From Pecten maximus (Eukaryota), in NCBI RefSeq assembly GCF_902652985.1, contig NC_047017.1:51336001-51400000 (forward strand): DNA of 64,000 nt, in the 5' to 3' direction. Positions within the stretch are counted from its first letter, which is position 1. Each line of letters starts with the position of its first letter. The translations under genes and the position numbers were made by a program. Positions 38,186-51,984 of this stretch are shown piece by piece. Below the pieces are notes generated by a model. It did no database searches. It was not told the origin of the DNA and was given only the letters and a program-made list of their open reading frames with translations.

Positions 38186-41100
38186 ATGGAAGAAATGTGC
38201 TTCTCTAGATTCTGCTTGTACTACTTCCTTATTGCTGTATCATTAAAGACTTGCTGGTCAAAAGGTATGTCATTTTGCAAATCACGTTGAGCTCATGAAA
38301 ACAAAATATGATTGCTGTCATATCCCTTAATACAAATTGAATGTTCTTATTAATAATTATTTCATCTGTAACTTAATAAACTGTTAAAAAAATCATAATA
38401 TAAAAAATTATTGTGTATAAAACTTAAAAAAATATGTTTGCTTTATATTTTACAGAAAGTGATTGTCCTCCAATTAATATTATTAATGCCAAAGTACACA
38501 CATACTCCCTTGACTCCCTGGAGGCTAGTGTAGAGTGTGATGAAGGCTACAGTTTATTTGGCTCTAACAAGTTATTATGTACCAGTGGAGAGTGGCAGCC
38601 TGCCACCCTACCCCACTGTGTCAGGAAATTACCTGCAAGTAAGTCCTGGGTTTTACTTCACTGTGTCTATAAATAGTACATGTCAACAAGTAATTATAAG
38701 TCCTCGGTTTTACTTCACTGTGTCTATAAATAGTACATGTCAACAAGTAATTATAAGTCCTCGGTTTTACTTCACTGTGTCTATAAATAGTACATGTCAA
38801 CAAGTAAGTCCTGGGTTTTACTTCACTGTGTCTATAAATAGTACATGTCAACAAGTAAGTCCTGGGTTTTACTTCACTGTGTCTATAAATAGTACATGTC
38901 AACAAGTAAGCCCTGGGTTTTACTTCACTGTGTCTATAAATAGTACATGTCAACAAGTAAGTCCTGGGTTTTACTTCACTGTGTCTATAAATAGTACATG
39001 TCAACAAGTAAGTCCTGGGTTGTACCTCACTGTGTCTATAAATAGTACATGTCAACAAGTAAGTCCTGGGTTTTACCTCACTGTGTCTATAAATAGTACA
39101 TGTCAACAAGTCCTGGGTTGTTACCTCACTGTGTCTATAAATAGTACATGTCAACAAGTAAGTCCTGGGTTTTACCTCACTGTGTCTATAAATAGTACAT
39201 GTCAACAAGTAAGTCCTGGGTTGTACCTCACTGTGTCTATAAATAGTACATGTCAACAAGAAAGTCCAGGGTTGTACCTCACTGTGTCTATAAATAGTAC
39301 ATGTCAACAAGTAAGTCCTGGGTTGTACCTCACTGTGTCTATAAATAGTACATGTCAACAAGTAAGTCCTGGGTTTTACCTCACTGTGTCTATAAATAGT
39401 ACATGTCAACAAGTAAGTCCTGGGTTTTACTTCACTGTGTCTATAAATAGTACATGTCAACAAGTAAGTCCTTGGTTTTACCTCACTGTGTCTATAAATA
39501 GTACATGTCAACAAGTAAGTCTTGGGTTGTACCTCACTGTGTTTATAAAAAGTACATGTCAACAAGTAAGTCCTGGGTTTTACCTCACTGTGTCTATAAA
39601 TAGTACATGTCAACAAGTAAGTCTTGGGTTGTACCTCACTGTGTTTATAAATAGTACATGTCAACAAGTAAGTCCTGGGTTTTACCTCACTGTGTCTATA
39701 AATAGTACATGTCAACAAGTAAGTCCTGGGTTTTACCTCAGATAGTATCTGTATATTACCTATGAGAAAGTCTGTAATTGTACCAGATTGTATCCACAGA
39801 TTGTCTACAACTAAATATTTTATCTGAATTTTGTGTAAAGAATCCTTAGGGGGAAAGGGAATAAATTGTTTATATTTTCACATGCTAAAAAATATTACTA
39901 TTCTTCTTCAGTTTTGGCTTGCTCAAATCCAACATTTAGTCATGCCAAAGTCACAATGGACCACTCAAAGAAATCAGCCGAGGTTCACTGCGACAGTCAA
40001 TACAGTATAAAATTTCATGAGCAGTCTCTCAGCTCACTGAAGATTGTTTGTAGCCAGGATTTACGTTGGGTCACGGTCCAGGGTTGGTCCGACATTCCAG
40101 ACTGCACAAGTGACATAGGTAATATGTGTAGAAGCTCTATTCCGTTTGGTTAAGATATTATGTAAAAATAACATAAAATTGGAGAGTTCATTGAGTTGCC
40201 TTTTAAGAGTGCTAAAATGCTAGGATATATGTTTAGGGTAATGGGTTGTATGTGTAATCATTGCAATAAATGTGACAGAAATACCATGAATATGTACCAC
40301 ATATTTTAGCGTTTAATAAGTTTTTACATTGAAAAATACATCATGCATGAGACAGGTGATTGTAACTTTAGGCCCCGACAATGTATGAAATAACATGTCA
40401 GTTTTAGGCCCCGACAATGTATGAAATAACATATCAGTTTCCATGCTGTAAGGCAAACTAAGAAATCATCCATGTATTGTCAACTATGGTGTTAACTTAG
40501 CATTTTGATTATTTGGTTGTGACTGGGCAGTTCTTAATTATTGCCAATTTAGGTACAGTTACCTGTAAACCTGCGCTCTCATGCTAGCTATGTAAAATTT
40601 GTGATGTTATATCTGAATGACTAGGGCAGTTGATTCCTTATGTAATTGTCATTTCAGAATGTCCTCCCCCTCCAGAGGTGAGGCATGCTCGTATGATTGA
40701 ACGCGTCAATAGCTGGACCCCGTATACACAGGACACACCTGTCACGTACACGTGTGACACGGGATACCAACAGTTATCTAGGGGCTCCTATGATGACTAC
40801 CTCTTTACTCCGTTTTACACTCTCCACTGCTCCGGAGGGAAATGGGTTGGAGCTAGACCAGTGTGCTGTAAGTCACTCTACATTGTGTCCTACGATTCAT
40901 CAAGTGTTTATATGATGTTAGGATCAAATGTGTATATATGCTAGTGTTTATATGATGTTAGGATCAAGTGTTTGTATGATGTTAGGATCAAGTGTGTATA
41001 TGATGTTAGGGTCAAGTGTTTGTATGATGTTAGGATCAAGTGTTATATGATGTTAGGATCGAGTGTTTATATGATGTTAGGATCAAGTGTTTATATGATG

Positions 41101-44100
41101 TTAGGATCAAGTGTTATATGATGTTAGGATCAAGTGTTTATATGATGTTAGGATCAAGTGTTATATGATGTTAGGATCAAGTGTTATATGATGTTAGGAT
41201 CAAGTGTTTATATGATGTTAGGATCAAGTGTTATATGATGTTAGGATCAAGTGTTTATTTGATGTTAGGATCAAGTGTTTATATGATGTTAGGGTCAAGT
41301 GTTTATTTGATGTTAGGGTCAAGTGTTTATATGATGTTAGGATCAAGTGTTTGTATGATGTTAAGATCAAGTGTTTGTATGATGTTAAGATCAAGTGTTT
41401 AGATGATGTTAGGATCAAGTGTTATATGATGTTAGGATCAAGTGTTTATATGATGTTAAGATCAAGTGTTTAGATGATGTTAGGATCAAGTGTTAAAATG
41501 ATGTTAGGATCAAGTGTTTATATGATGTTAGGATCAAGTGTTTAGATGATGTTAGGATCAAGTGTTTATATGATGTTAGGATCAAGTGTTTATATGATGT
41601 TAGGATCAAATGTGTATATGATGTTAGGATCAAGTGATTATATGATGTTAGGATCAAGTGTTTAAATGATGTTAGGGTCAAGTGTTTGTATGATGTTAGG
41701 ATCAAGTGTTTATATGATGTTAGGATCAAGTGTTTATATGATTGGGATCAAGTGTTTATATGATGTTAGGGTCAAGTGTTTATATGATGTTAAGATCAAG
41801 TGTTTATATGATGTTAGGATCAAGTGTTTGTATGATGTTAGGATCAAGTGTTTATATGGTGTTAGGATCAAGTGTTTATATAATGTTAGGATCAAGTGTT
41901 TGTATGATGTTAGGATCAAGTGTTATATGATGTTAAGATCAAGTGTTTATATGATGTTAGGATCAAGTGTTTATATGATGTTAGGATTGGCACTTACTTT
42001 CATACTTGGATCTTTTATAACAAATCAGTGTTAATTAACATCCAGTTACCAGTCCTCTACTGGTGAAACTGTTTCAAGGTATGTTGGCGAAAGTTGGTAT
42101 GAACTTCATTAGGAATAGCTACAGATCAAGTCAAGGTCAAGGTCATGGTCTCTGTTACTATTTTTAGTGGGATCAGGTAGGGACATGTATTGTTTTAGCA
42201 ATACCTAGCATGCTTGTTTAACTTCAATATTTATTTGAATCATTTTTCTTTGAAATCGAGTTGAGTTCTAACATTTTTTTTAAGTAACATCATGGTTAAT
42301 AGAACCCTAATGTATACCAAGCATGTATTTTGTAGTGAAGATACCAGGCTGTGACAGACCCCAGGATGTGACCAATGGTAAATGGACTGTCATACCTGGG
42401 ATGAATGACCTGGTAATGAGAGAGAACCAGGGCACCTATCCTATAGGCACACATGTCAAGTATTACTGTATTAACTCCAAAATCAGAGGAGCTGATGAAA
42501 TGGAGTGTCGCACTAATGAACTGTGGTCTCAAATGCCACCCATCTGTATGAACACTGGGGGTAGGTTTGTTATCATCATCTCATATAAAGTAAAACTATT
42601 TCTATATCTGTTATCGGCATTAAGCCTATGTCAGGTAATAACTCCACCCATCTGTATGAACACTGGGGGTAGGTTTGTTATCATCATCTCATATAAAGTA
42701 AAACTATTTCTATATCTGTTATCGGCATTAAGCCTATGTCAGGTAATAACTCCACCCATCTGTATGAACACTGGGGGTAGGTTTGTTATCATCATCTCAT
42801 ATAAAGTAAAACTATTTCTATATCTGTTATCGGCATTAAGCCTATGTCAGGTAATAACTCCACCCATCTGTATGAACACTGGGGGTAGGTTTGTTATCAT
42901 CACTGTCATATAAAGTAAAACTATTTCTATATCTGTTATCGGCATTAAGCCTATGTCAGGTAATAACTCCACCCATCTGTATGAACACTGGGGGTAGGTT
43001 TGTCATCATCACTGTCATATAAAGTAAAACTATTTCTATATCTGTTACCGGCATTAAGCCTATGTCAGGTAATAACTCCACCCATCTGTATGAACACTGG
43101 GGGTAGGTTTGTTATCATCATCACTGTCATATAAAGTAAAACTATTTCTATATCTGTTATCAGCATTAAGCCTATGTCAGGTAATTACTCCACCCATCTG
43201 TATGAACACTGGGGGTAGGTTTGTTATCATCATCACTGTCATATAAAGTAAAACTATTTCTATATCTGTTATCGGCATTAAGCCTATGTCAGGTAATTAC
43301 TCCACCCATCTGTATGAACACTGGGGGTAGGTTTTTTATCATCATCACTGTCATATAAAGTAAAACTATTTCTATATCTGCTATCGGCATTAAGCCTATG
43401 TCAGGTAATAACTCCACCCATCTGTATGAACACTGGGGGTAGGTTTGTTATCATCATCACTGTCATATAAAGTTAAACTATTTCTATATCTGTTACCGGC
43501 ATTAAGCCTATGTCAGGTAATAACTCTACCCATATGTATATCTGTTTCGTAGAATAAGACATTTCATTGTCTTGGGATAAGCCCCTGATTTTGAATTGGA
43601 GGTTATGTGTTCATGTCCTGGGTATATTTCAGAAAAATATGGCATATATTTTGATATATGAAAATACAAATGTAATTTATGTTGATTTGAAGTTTGGCCA
43701 GTTACTGAACGTAAATAGTTTCTATTGAAACTAAAACTTTATGTAGTAAATGATTTAACCTGTAGCATATGTTTTTCCATGGAAAAGGCATATTTAAAAA
43801 TGTAAAACAGGAACTGGATCGAAAAATGTCCATTTCACTAGAAAGATCAGGAATAGAAATTAAATATCTTATGGAAAGGGAGTAATATTTGTTGGTACAG
43901 ATACAACAGTCAAATACCATCCTTCTTACTGTTTTGGACTGTTTCAGCTCGATCAGATCCCTGCTCCAAGTTACCAATGGTCCCTAACGGTCAGTGTACA
44001 TGTAACAGCCACGCATCTGACCCTGACCAATGTAGACAACTTGGATCTATGGTGGAGTGTACCTGTATTGATGGGTTCCGACTCGCTGGGGAAGATCAAC

Positions 44101-46374
44101 TTAGCTGTGTCCGAAATAGTCAGGGACAGAATAACTGGAGTGCAAGCATACCAACATGTGTTCCTTCAGGTAAGTAGGCTTTAAAACTAGACCAACATGT
44201 GTTCCTTCAGGTAAGTAGGCTTTAAAACTAGACCAACATGTGTTCCTTCAGGTAAGTAGGCTTTAAAACTAGGCTGAAATACAGATAAGCCTGTTTGGCC
44301 TTTAGTTTATTGTGTCTTTTCCTCCTTCACTTCTATGTCACTTTGACACATTTGATCCCAATGGGGTTTAAAATGTTCCTAATGTCAAGGTCACATTTAC
44401 GAAAATTAGAGCTGTCAAACTTTTTCTGGAAATACTCTCTGAATCCAGAAAGCCACATGAGTACACTTTCTGAAATATCACATGATGAAACACTGTGATA
44501 TGCAAATGTACAGTTAGGGATTAAAAAGTTCCTAAGGTGAAGGTCAGCAGTTACTAAAATACAACTGAGAGTATACTGTCAAAAATACATCATGTAAGGC
44601 CTTTACAAAAGGCTGAAGTTTCAAGAGATAATACATTGTTATATGCTAATGTGTGGAAAGTGTTAGTTCCCTAGGTAACTGTCACTTTTATTAAATTTGG
44701 ATGATAAAATGGAAATTTAATGTTAAAGGGTCAAAGGTCACCAATGACCACTTGTAATATAAAAAAAAAGATTATGAGATAACCCATAAGCCCCTCATTT
44801 GATTAAGTTCACTATAGTTTCATGTCAGAATCTAGTTTGACCTAATTATCTGTTGCAGGAATGTAAACTAGGTTGAGGTTGAATTTTGAAGAAAATATTG
44901 CCCATTTCCAAGTCCCTTTTTGATAAATACTAAAAAAATAGATCAATGCATCATAACAAATTATATCATATGTTCATCAAAGCTGGGATTTTACTGTCAA
45001 AAAGATTTTTTTTTTAGAGAAAATCTTATCAAGAAAAATACTTATATGTTATGACAAAAAATCTATTTTCACATGCTTGGCTATATTATAGGTCCATTAA
45101 TGATTCAGGGCAGGCAACTCTTTATATAGAACCACCTTACATCTTTACAATATGACCCTGGGACATTCTCTGACCAGACCTCACTTTTAAACAGACTTAA
45201 AGTGTTATTCCATGTTTTTAATTCCTTTCATGTATTCTTACACTATAAAGCACATCACAATTGAACATTAATCTTTATTGTTGAAGGAAACTTGTATGCA
45301 TACTTGTATTTTTACAGACCAGTCCATTCAGACGGCAGACAAAGACATGGATGATGGAGGTGGCCATATGAACACACTGGCCATTGTCATTGCCACCGCA
45401 TGTAGTGTGTTGGGTGTGTTGTTACTGGTCATGGTGGTGATGGTGTTCCGACGTAGAAAGCCACAGGGACGTCTGTATCCACAGGTAGGGGGCACACCAC
45501 CCCCATACTCCCGCGTCTATAACAACACCATAGACGAACACGACAGAGTGGCTTTGATTGGTTATGAGGCAGCAAGACTGCCATCATATGAAGAGGCTAC
45601 AAGGTCAAGGTCATTAGGACCGAGCAGGTCTGTAAGGGAAATAGCAGAAGATTGTGTGTCATCTGCTGCCGATTACAGACCCCTACCAAACATTCCCTCC
45701 AGTCTGCGTAACAATAGCCAGGCAGACACAGTAAGTAGCAGACATTCCATCAACACCATGAGTACAGTCAACAGGGACGGTATATCGGAGGTGTTTGGTT
45801 CTATAGACACTGTCAATGTGAGTATCAGTGATGCCTCCACATCCGTCACCGTGGATACGATGGACAGTGTTACTGTGGATACGCTGGACAGTGTTACCTC
45901 GCGACCTTCCAATGCCTCGGGCCGAGCTACTGCTGGCAGTTTGGAGACATCAAGAGAGAATCTGTCTACAGAAGGTAGGCAGATAAATCACAAAGTTTTG
46001 ATTATATACATAAAATGTACCCTTCATCCATGCATTCGACCTTCAAAAATTTCTCTTTGATGGTGATGGGATAATGCATGAATCTTCTTTTAAGGATCAA
46101 CACCAATACTGTTAGTGTATGGGCAAATTAAAAAGAAAACTTGTTTTGGTTAGCTCTAAAGCTTGGAGTGATCATGAATACTTCACTCATATAATTCTAG
46201 TTATCATCTATCTATGATTGATTTTTTTGGATAATGGTACAGTTACTGAACAGTTAAGAATCCTGTCAATTTTTTATTTCAGATGCCCCACTTCTGGACA
46301 ACAGAACAGAAGAGGAATCTGACAATGAAGATATTGAAATACAAATAGACGAGGACAACAAGGAAATACAATGA
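38186..46374 (+). CDS. Sushi/CCP domain type I membrane protein, SUSD4/SUSD6-like (signal peptide, 5 CCP, TM, PY-motif tail), about 624 aa
   Basis: Exons 38186-38264 (signal peptide), 38456-38638, 39912-40118, 40658-40867, 42336-42560, 43948-44169 (each a phase 1-1 CCP module ending W..xPxC), 45318-45974 (TM LAIVIATACSVLGVLLLVMVVMVF-RRRK, then PPPY and LPSYEEA) and 46283-46374. Probable non-coding first exon ending at 37095. Confidence 0.85.
38636..39740 (+). repeat. 51-bp (first units 57-bp) minisatellite, about 21 copies, starting at the CCP1 exon donor
   Basis: caa|gtaagtcctgggttttacttcactgtgtctataaatagtacatgtcaa. Confidence 0.96.
40899..41987. repeat. 22/24-bp minisatellite starting about 30 bp after the CCP3 donor
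   Basis: atcaagtgtttatatgatgttagg. Confidence 0.96.
42536..43535 (+). repeat. 108-112-bp repeat, about 9 copies, spanning the CCP4 exon donor
   Basis: ccacccatctgtatgaacactgggg|gtaggtttgttatcatc...cctatgtcaggtaataact. Confidence 0.96.
44150..44272 (+). repeat. 41-bp x3 perfect repeat spanning the CCP5 exon donor
   Basis: accaacatgtgttccttcag|gtaagtaggctttaaaactag at 44150, 44191, 44232. Confidence 0.96.
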
Positions 46375-47649
46375 ACATAGATTTGTAGAAATATTGTTAA
46401 TAATCATCGGATATTTAGATTTATTGTCATGTCTTTGTTCTACCCATCTCTGCTTTTCTAACATGCTGGATTGTTTATGATCGTAGTAACGGTAGTTTGT
46501 ACGTTATTTTATACGAATATTTAAAGATACATTTCCTACTGCCAAGTTTTGATTTTCGGTTGTAACTAAATCATGTGTTAGACGATCTAGATCTGATTCA
46601 CCTGTCAGATGTACGTGAGAATCAAAAATTCTGAGTTGTGTTGTCTGAAGAAAACCTTGTTGACATTTAGGCCACACATATTACCCTCACATAGTTTATA
46701 AAAACTCTTTTCCTCCTATGTCTGTTGTCGTGAAGTGATTCCAAATGGGAATGATTCAACATCCTTGTTACAGTGTACATGTGGCATCATATAAATGGAT
46801 GTCAAATGGAATGGCATGCCTGTTGTTTCCATTTGAATTACAACCTGTTGTTTCAATGATACTGCCAGTGCACGATTTCTCTAACCCTTTATCAGATCTG
46901 TTCTATAAGATAGTTTTAAATCTATAGCTGTTGAAGTGGTGTTAAACAATATCAAACCATATTGAATAATATCACTACTTACCATAAGATGATGTTATAT
47001 TAGAGTCAGATGCCAATGCATGGTATGATGTTTTATGCCTAAATAGTTCCTTTCTGAGTTAGGGAGAAAAAGAATTATTCCTGGCTCTGAGTATGTATGT
47101 AAAAGAGTCCTTAATGCCTTAGGGGCCCAGATTACCAGGTCCATTGGGGTTAGATTCCTGAATTGACTTTTGTCTTTAATGTGATTACTCTCCAGCAGTA
47201 TGAGGGGAATTGCTATTATAAAAATTAATTCTGCTCATTTCTTTGAAATACACCAATACTGTTATATAAAGTATTGCTTATATAGTGTATTTTATACTTA
47301 TTAACAAACTCATTGGAGTGTTGCGGTAAAGGTTTCAAAGTATTTGCCAAATAATATTGTCCATTAAATCTGCAATCAAATTGTAGATAATACATTTTGG
47401 TTTTTACTCAGTTATTATTTTCCAACTTTATACTTGCTTGGCAGAAATTACTGATGAGTGACTAAAGCTATGATCTGTTAACCTGGATTTAATGTTCAAT
47501 ACTAGTACATAATATCCTGAATTTTATATATCTATGATTTGGTACTATCCAAAATTTTATGTTAAATTTTGATTACACAATAGAATATCAAATAACCAAA
47601 GACATGATCAGCCAGCTATCTCCAATGTTATGTATTATCATTGTTTTAG

Positions 47650-47970
47650 TGTTTTGATCACTCCCGAGTCACAGACTCTTAAACTCACAAGTGATCATTG
47701 GGTACATTTTGATCACTCCAGAGTCACTCAGTCACAGACTGTTAAACTCACAAGTGATCATAGGGTAGGTTTTGATCACTCCCGAGTCACTGAGTCACAG
47801 ACTGTTAAACTCACAAGTGATCATCGGGTAGGTTTTTATCACTCCCGAGTCACAGACTCTTAAACTCACTATTGATCATTGGGTATGTTTTGATCACTCC
47901 CGAGTCACAGACTCAAACTCACAAGTGATCATTGGGTATGTTTTGATCACTCCAGAGTCACAGACTCTTG
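47650..47970. repeat. 55-64-bp tandem repeat, about 6 copies
   Basis: ttttgatcactcccgagtcacagactcttaaactcacaagtgatcattgggta. Confidence 0.9.
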
Positions 47971-48964
47971 ATTCAGGACTGACCATCGGGTATGGTCAGT
48001 TTCTGTAGCACGAATGCAGACCTTGTAAATATATTGTATTATACATATTGTTGTAGTGCTATTGGGGGAGGGAGGGGGGTGATTTAACTGTCAATTTGTA
48101 TTTATATGTTTGTATATAAGCTTTTATAATGCACATACAGACAAATTTAAATATCTGTCAAATGATATTTGTTATAATGAAATAATTTATCATGTTAAGA
48201 ACTGAGCAATGTAGAATATTCCTTGATAACCCCACGCAAAAGGAATTCAATTATTAATGTGTGATATCAAATTATTCCTAAATTGTATGTTGTAATTTTA
48301 ACATAACTGTGTTCATCACATGTAATGTCCATATATGTTACGACAAGGGACGATAATTTCTGTTAGGTTTGTGATAACTGTTATAGAAGTACATATGTAC
48401 CTGATGTCACTGAATGTCTATCCTACTTGATTTAGTATCAAATCTGTTCTCAGAATATAACGAAAAGGTGTAAACAGTGTTTCACAGAACTTTTGACTTG
48501 ATGTCAGTTGGAAAACCATATTCCATCTTTCACAGATAAAAGACTTTATCAAATCAAAGGGAAATCACATGCAATGTTCACTGTACCTATACAACTTACC
48601 AAGTCGGGGGCATACTGTTTTATCATTATTTTGTGTGCCAAATTTGTCTCTGTCCACCATCACAATATAGTGCATGATTTTTAGTAAGTTTTGAGGTCAG
48701 ATGTGGGAGTTGAAGGTATGCAATAAATTTGTCAGTTTAGCAAATCAGTTTACAGTACAAAGTTAAATCAAGTAGGAGTGACTATAAAGCTATCAGTATA
48801 CTAGTACATGTATCATAATAATGTCAATAATAGTATTGAAGTTGTCAGTATATACTTACTTGTTCATACGTTTACAGTATCAATAACTCGATATTATATC
48901 AACACATCTGTGATAATAAATGTTCTAACTGTTGCGTCTTCAAATTAGTAGTGAATAACATGTC

Positions 48965-49740
48965 CATAACTATACAGTTACCATCATCAGTAGGATTTCA
49001 GCTGTCTGTAAATAGGGTTATCACAATCAGTAAAATTAAAGATCTCTGTAACTAGGGTTACCATCATCAGTAGGATTTGAGTGGTCTGTAACTATAGTTA
49101 CCATCATCAGTAGGATTTGAGTGGTCTGTAACTATAGTTACCATCATCAATAGGATTTGAGTGGTCTGTAACTATAGTTACCATCATCAGTAGGATTTGA
49201 GTGGTCTGTAATCATAGTTACCAACATCAGTAGGATTTGAGAGGTCTGTAACTATAGTTACCATTATCAGTAGGATTTGAAAGGTCTGTAACTATAGGGT
49301 TACCATCATCAGTAGGATTTGAGTGGTCTGTAACTATAGTTACCATCATCAATAGGATTTGAGTGGTCTGTAACTATAGTTACCATCATCAATAGGATTT
49401 GAGTGGTCTGTAACTATAGTTACCATTATCAGTAGGATTTGAGTGGTCTGTAACTATAGTTACCATCATCAGTAGGATTTGAATGGTTTGTAACTAGGGT
49501 TGCCATCATCAGTAGGATTTGAGTGGTCTGTAACTATAGTTACCATCATCAGTAGGATTTGAGTGGTCTGTAACTATAGTTACCATCATCAGTAGGATTT
49601 GAGTGGTCTGTAACTATAGTTATCATCATCAGTAGGATTTGAGTGGTCTGTAACTATAGTTACCATTATCAGTGGGATTTGAGAGGTCTGTAACTATAGT
49701 TACCATCATCAGTGGGGTTTGAGAGGTCTGTATAGGGTTA
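48965..49740. repeat. 40-bp minisatellite, about 19 copies
   Basis: gtaactatagttaccatcatcagtaggatttgagtggtct. Confidence 0.95.
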
Positions 49741-51984
49741 TCATCAATAATGGGTTGGTAACGAGTTTTCTTTAAATTAGATCCTTGTGTATCGCTCTTT
49801 ATCATATTTATTGGTTGAAGTTTTTTTGAGTGTACAGATTGAATTTAGATGAGGTTATGATAACAGTTGTGTGGTCCAAATGATACATTTCTTTATTGAT
49901 GAGGACCACTGATTCAGTGTTATCATCTGTTATGTGCTTTTACATTGAAGTTGGAAAAGAGTTTTTCTGTTTCACCACAGGCAATATTTGTATGTACCCC
50001 TCCTTAACTAAATAACCAATTTCAATAGAACTTTTATGATCATTTCATAATTTAGGTGTGCAACTTACATTTTTTAAATGGGGAGCTTTTACTACCAGGT
50101 ATCGGCAATTAAATTAAGTAATTAACAGAAATGAACAAATTGACCTGGTAAATTTATTATCTATAATGTTGCTGATGTATGTTTGTATATTGTGTTCAGA
50201 ATAATTCTCATGAAATATTTGTACAGAAATTTGATTTTGACCTTGTGGAGCGATACATTGACCATATTAACGTGTCTTGTTATACTTAGTTTCTATTAAT
50301 GTCATTACATAAAACTTTGATAAAGGCTGCACTAGAACAACCTATATCTACTTCAACACTAATCAGGTACTTTATATGATTATTAAATATCACGCCCTGT
50401 TCTTGTCATGAAGATAAGCCAGATGAATATCAGTCATTTCAGAAGTGAAGAGATCAGTTTTTGTAAATATACCATTAACATGATGTTGAACATGTTACAT
50501 TTAGCTTTATGATGATTATTGCACTTCTTACTTACTTGTGAGACAGCTGATTCATATACACTGTTAAACTCATTTTTTTAGATTGTATAAATCCCCATTA
50601 ATGCATATCATCTTACGATCGTGTACAAATACCTATAAAAATATTTGTACAATCCCTTTGGTAAGAGTGGGATTATGTCAATGTGAACCTGTTTTGTCGG
50701 TAACGCGAGGTCGTAGATTTCATATTTATAATTATTGGTACATTCCATCGGATATAAAGTACTTGTTTGGCCATGTCACAGTGTCTATCCATCCTTTACA
50801 GAAGAGTGACACTGTGTTACTGTTTAAAGAGTATTTATTTTATCTTAGTCTCCATATGTTAAACAACTGGATTTTCTGAGAGAAAGGTATTTGTGAATGT
50901 GTTTAGTTATAAGAAATGTGTAATGGGTTGACTATATACCTGACACATATAGACTTAAAAGAATTCATCATCCTTGTGAGACAGAGAAAATTAGAAACAG
51001 TATTTTTAATGTTTTTCAATCGTGTCCCAATTAATTAGCAGTGTTGTTGTTAACATTTCTCCTCTTGAATATTAGAATTTATGTGCTTTTGATCTCATGA
51101 TCATAAAATTATGCCGAATTTAATTTCATTATTATTCTTAGATCTGAATTTTCGATGAAAAATTAAACTGGCAAATTCATAAAAAATGTGATTGAAAAAT
51201 TAAGTTTGAAGGAACATGGCACAAATTCCTATTGCATGGTCCATATGTGTATAATGAGCAGCTTCTTATACACGTAGATAAATGTACCCAGGGTATGCAG
51301 ACCATGAGTTGAGAATTTGTACCATGTCCCCATCGTTTGGCACCTTCTCTTTGTCTTTCATATTTGCTAGATTTTACGGAAAGCCAGCATATTTAATACT
51401 AAATGCTCAAAGCTGTATTTTTGGTTACTTCAAGTTGTACTATATATACAGTATTGTAAACTATTTTCCATGAAGAGAAACGTTCCTTATAATAATGATG
51501 ATCATGCAAAAAAACATCACTGGTTTGCTCCGAAGCTAATAGTTCCACTTTGACAAAAGGTTCAGAGCAGCATTTCAAATTACTATGGCCTACTATAAGC
51601 CTGTTTTATTAAGCATTTAGCAATTTGGTTTACTGCATAATGCTTATTGGTTTATGTGAAATGCTTTTAAATTATGGGAAATGCTTAATGTGATATGTTT
51701 TATAGACCTAAAAGATGGAAATTAGCTTCAAAGCCAATAATTTAATGGATACTTTGTTTATTGTCTTTATTTTTGGTTTGATTTTTCTTAGGAATTTCCG
51801 ACTAATTCTTTAAAATAAGGCATTTTGCATGTCGTGTTGGCTTTCCATAAGGTCTTGTATAAGTACAATTATCTGTTCTGATATTGAGGTCTCCTGCTCT
51901 ATAAAGAGTTATGGCCCTTTTTTAATTTTAGCTGACCTGTATTGAGGTCTCCTGTTTTATAAAGAGTTATGGCCCTTTTTTTAT

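Noticed and set aside
38537-39745. 402-aa and 365-aa repetitive ORFs
   Set aside because: Products of the 51-bp repeat; not in the frame of the real CCP exon.
40899-41987. Counting this array as donor-spanning
   Set aside because: It starts about 30 bp downstream of the donor and contains no exon sequence, so it was excluded from the count.
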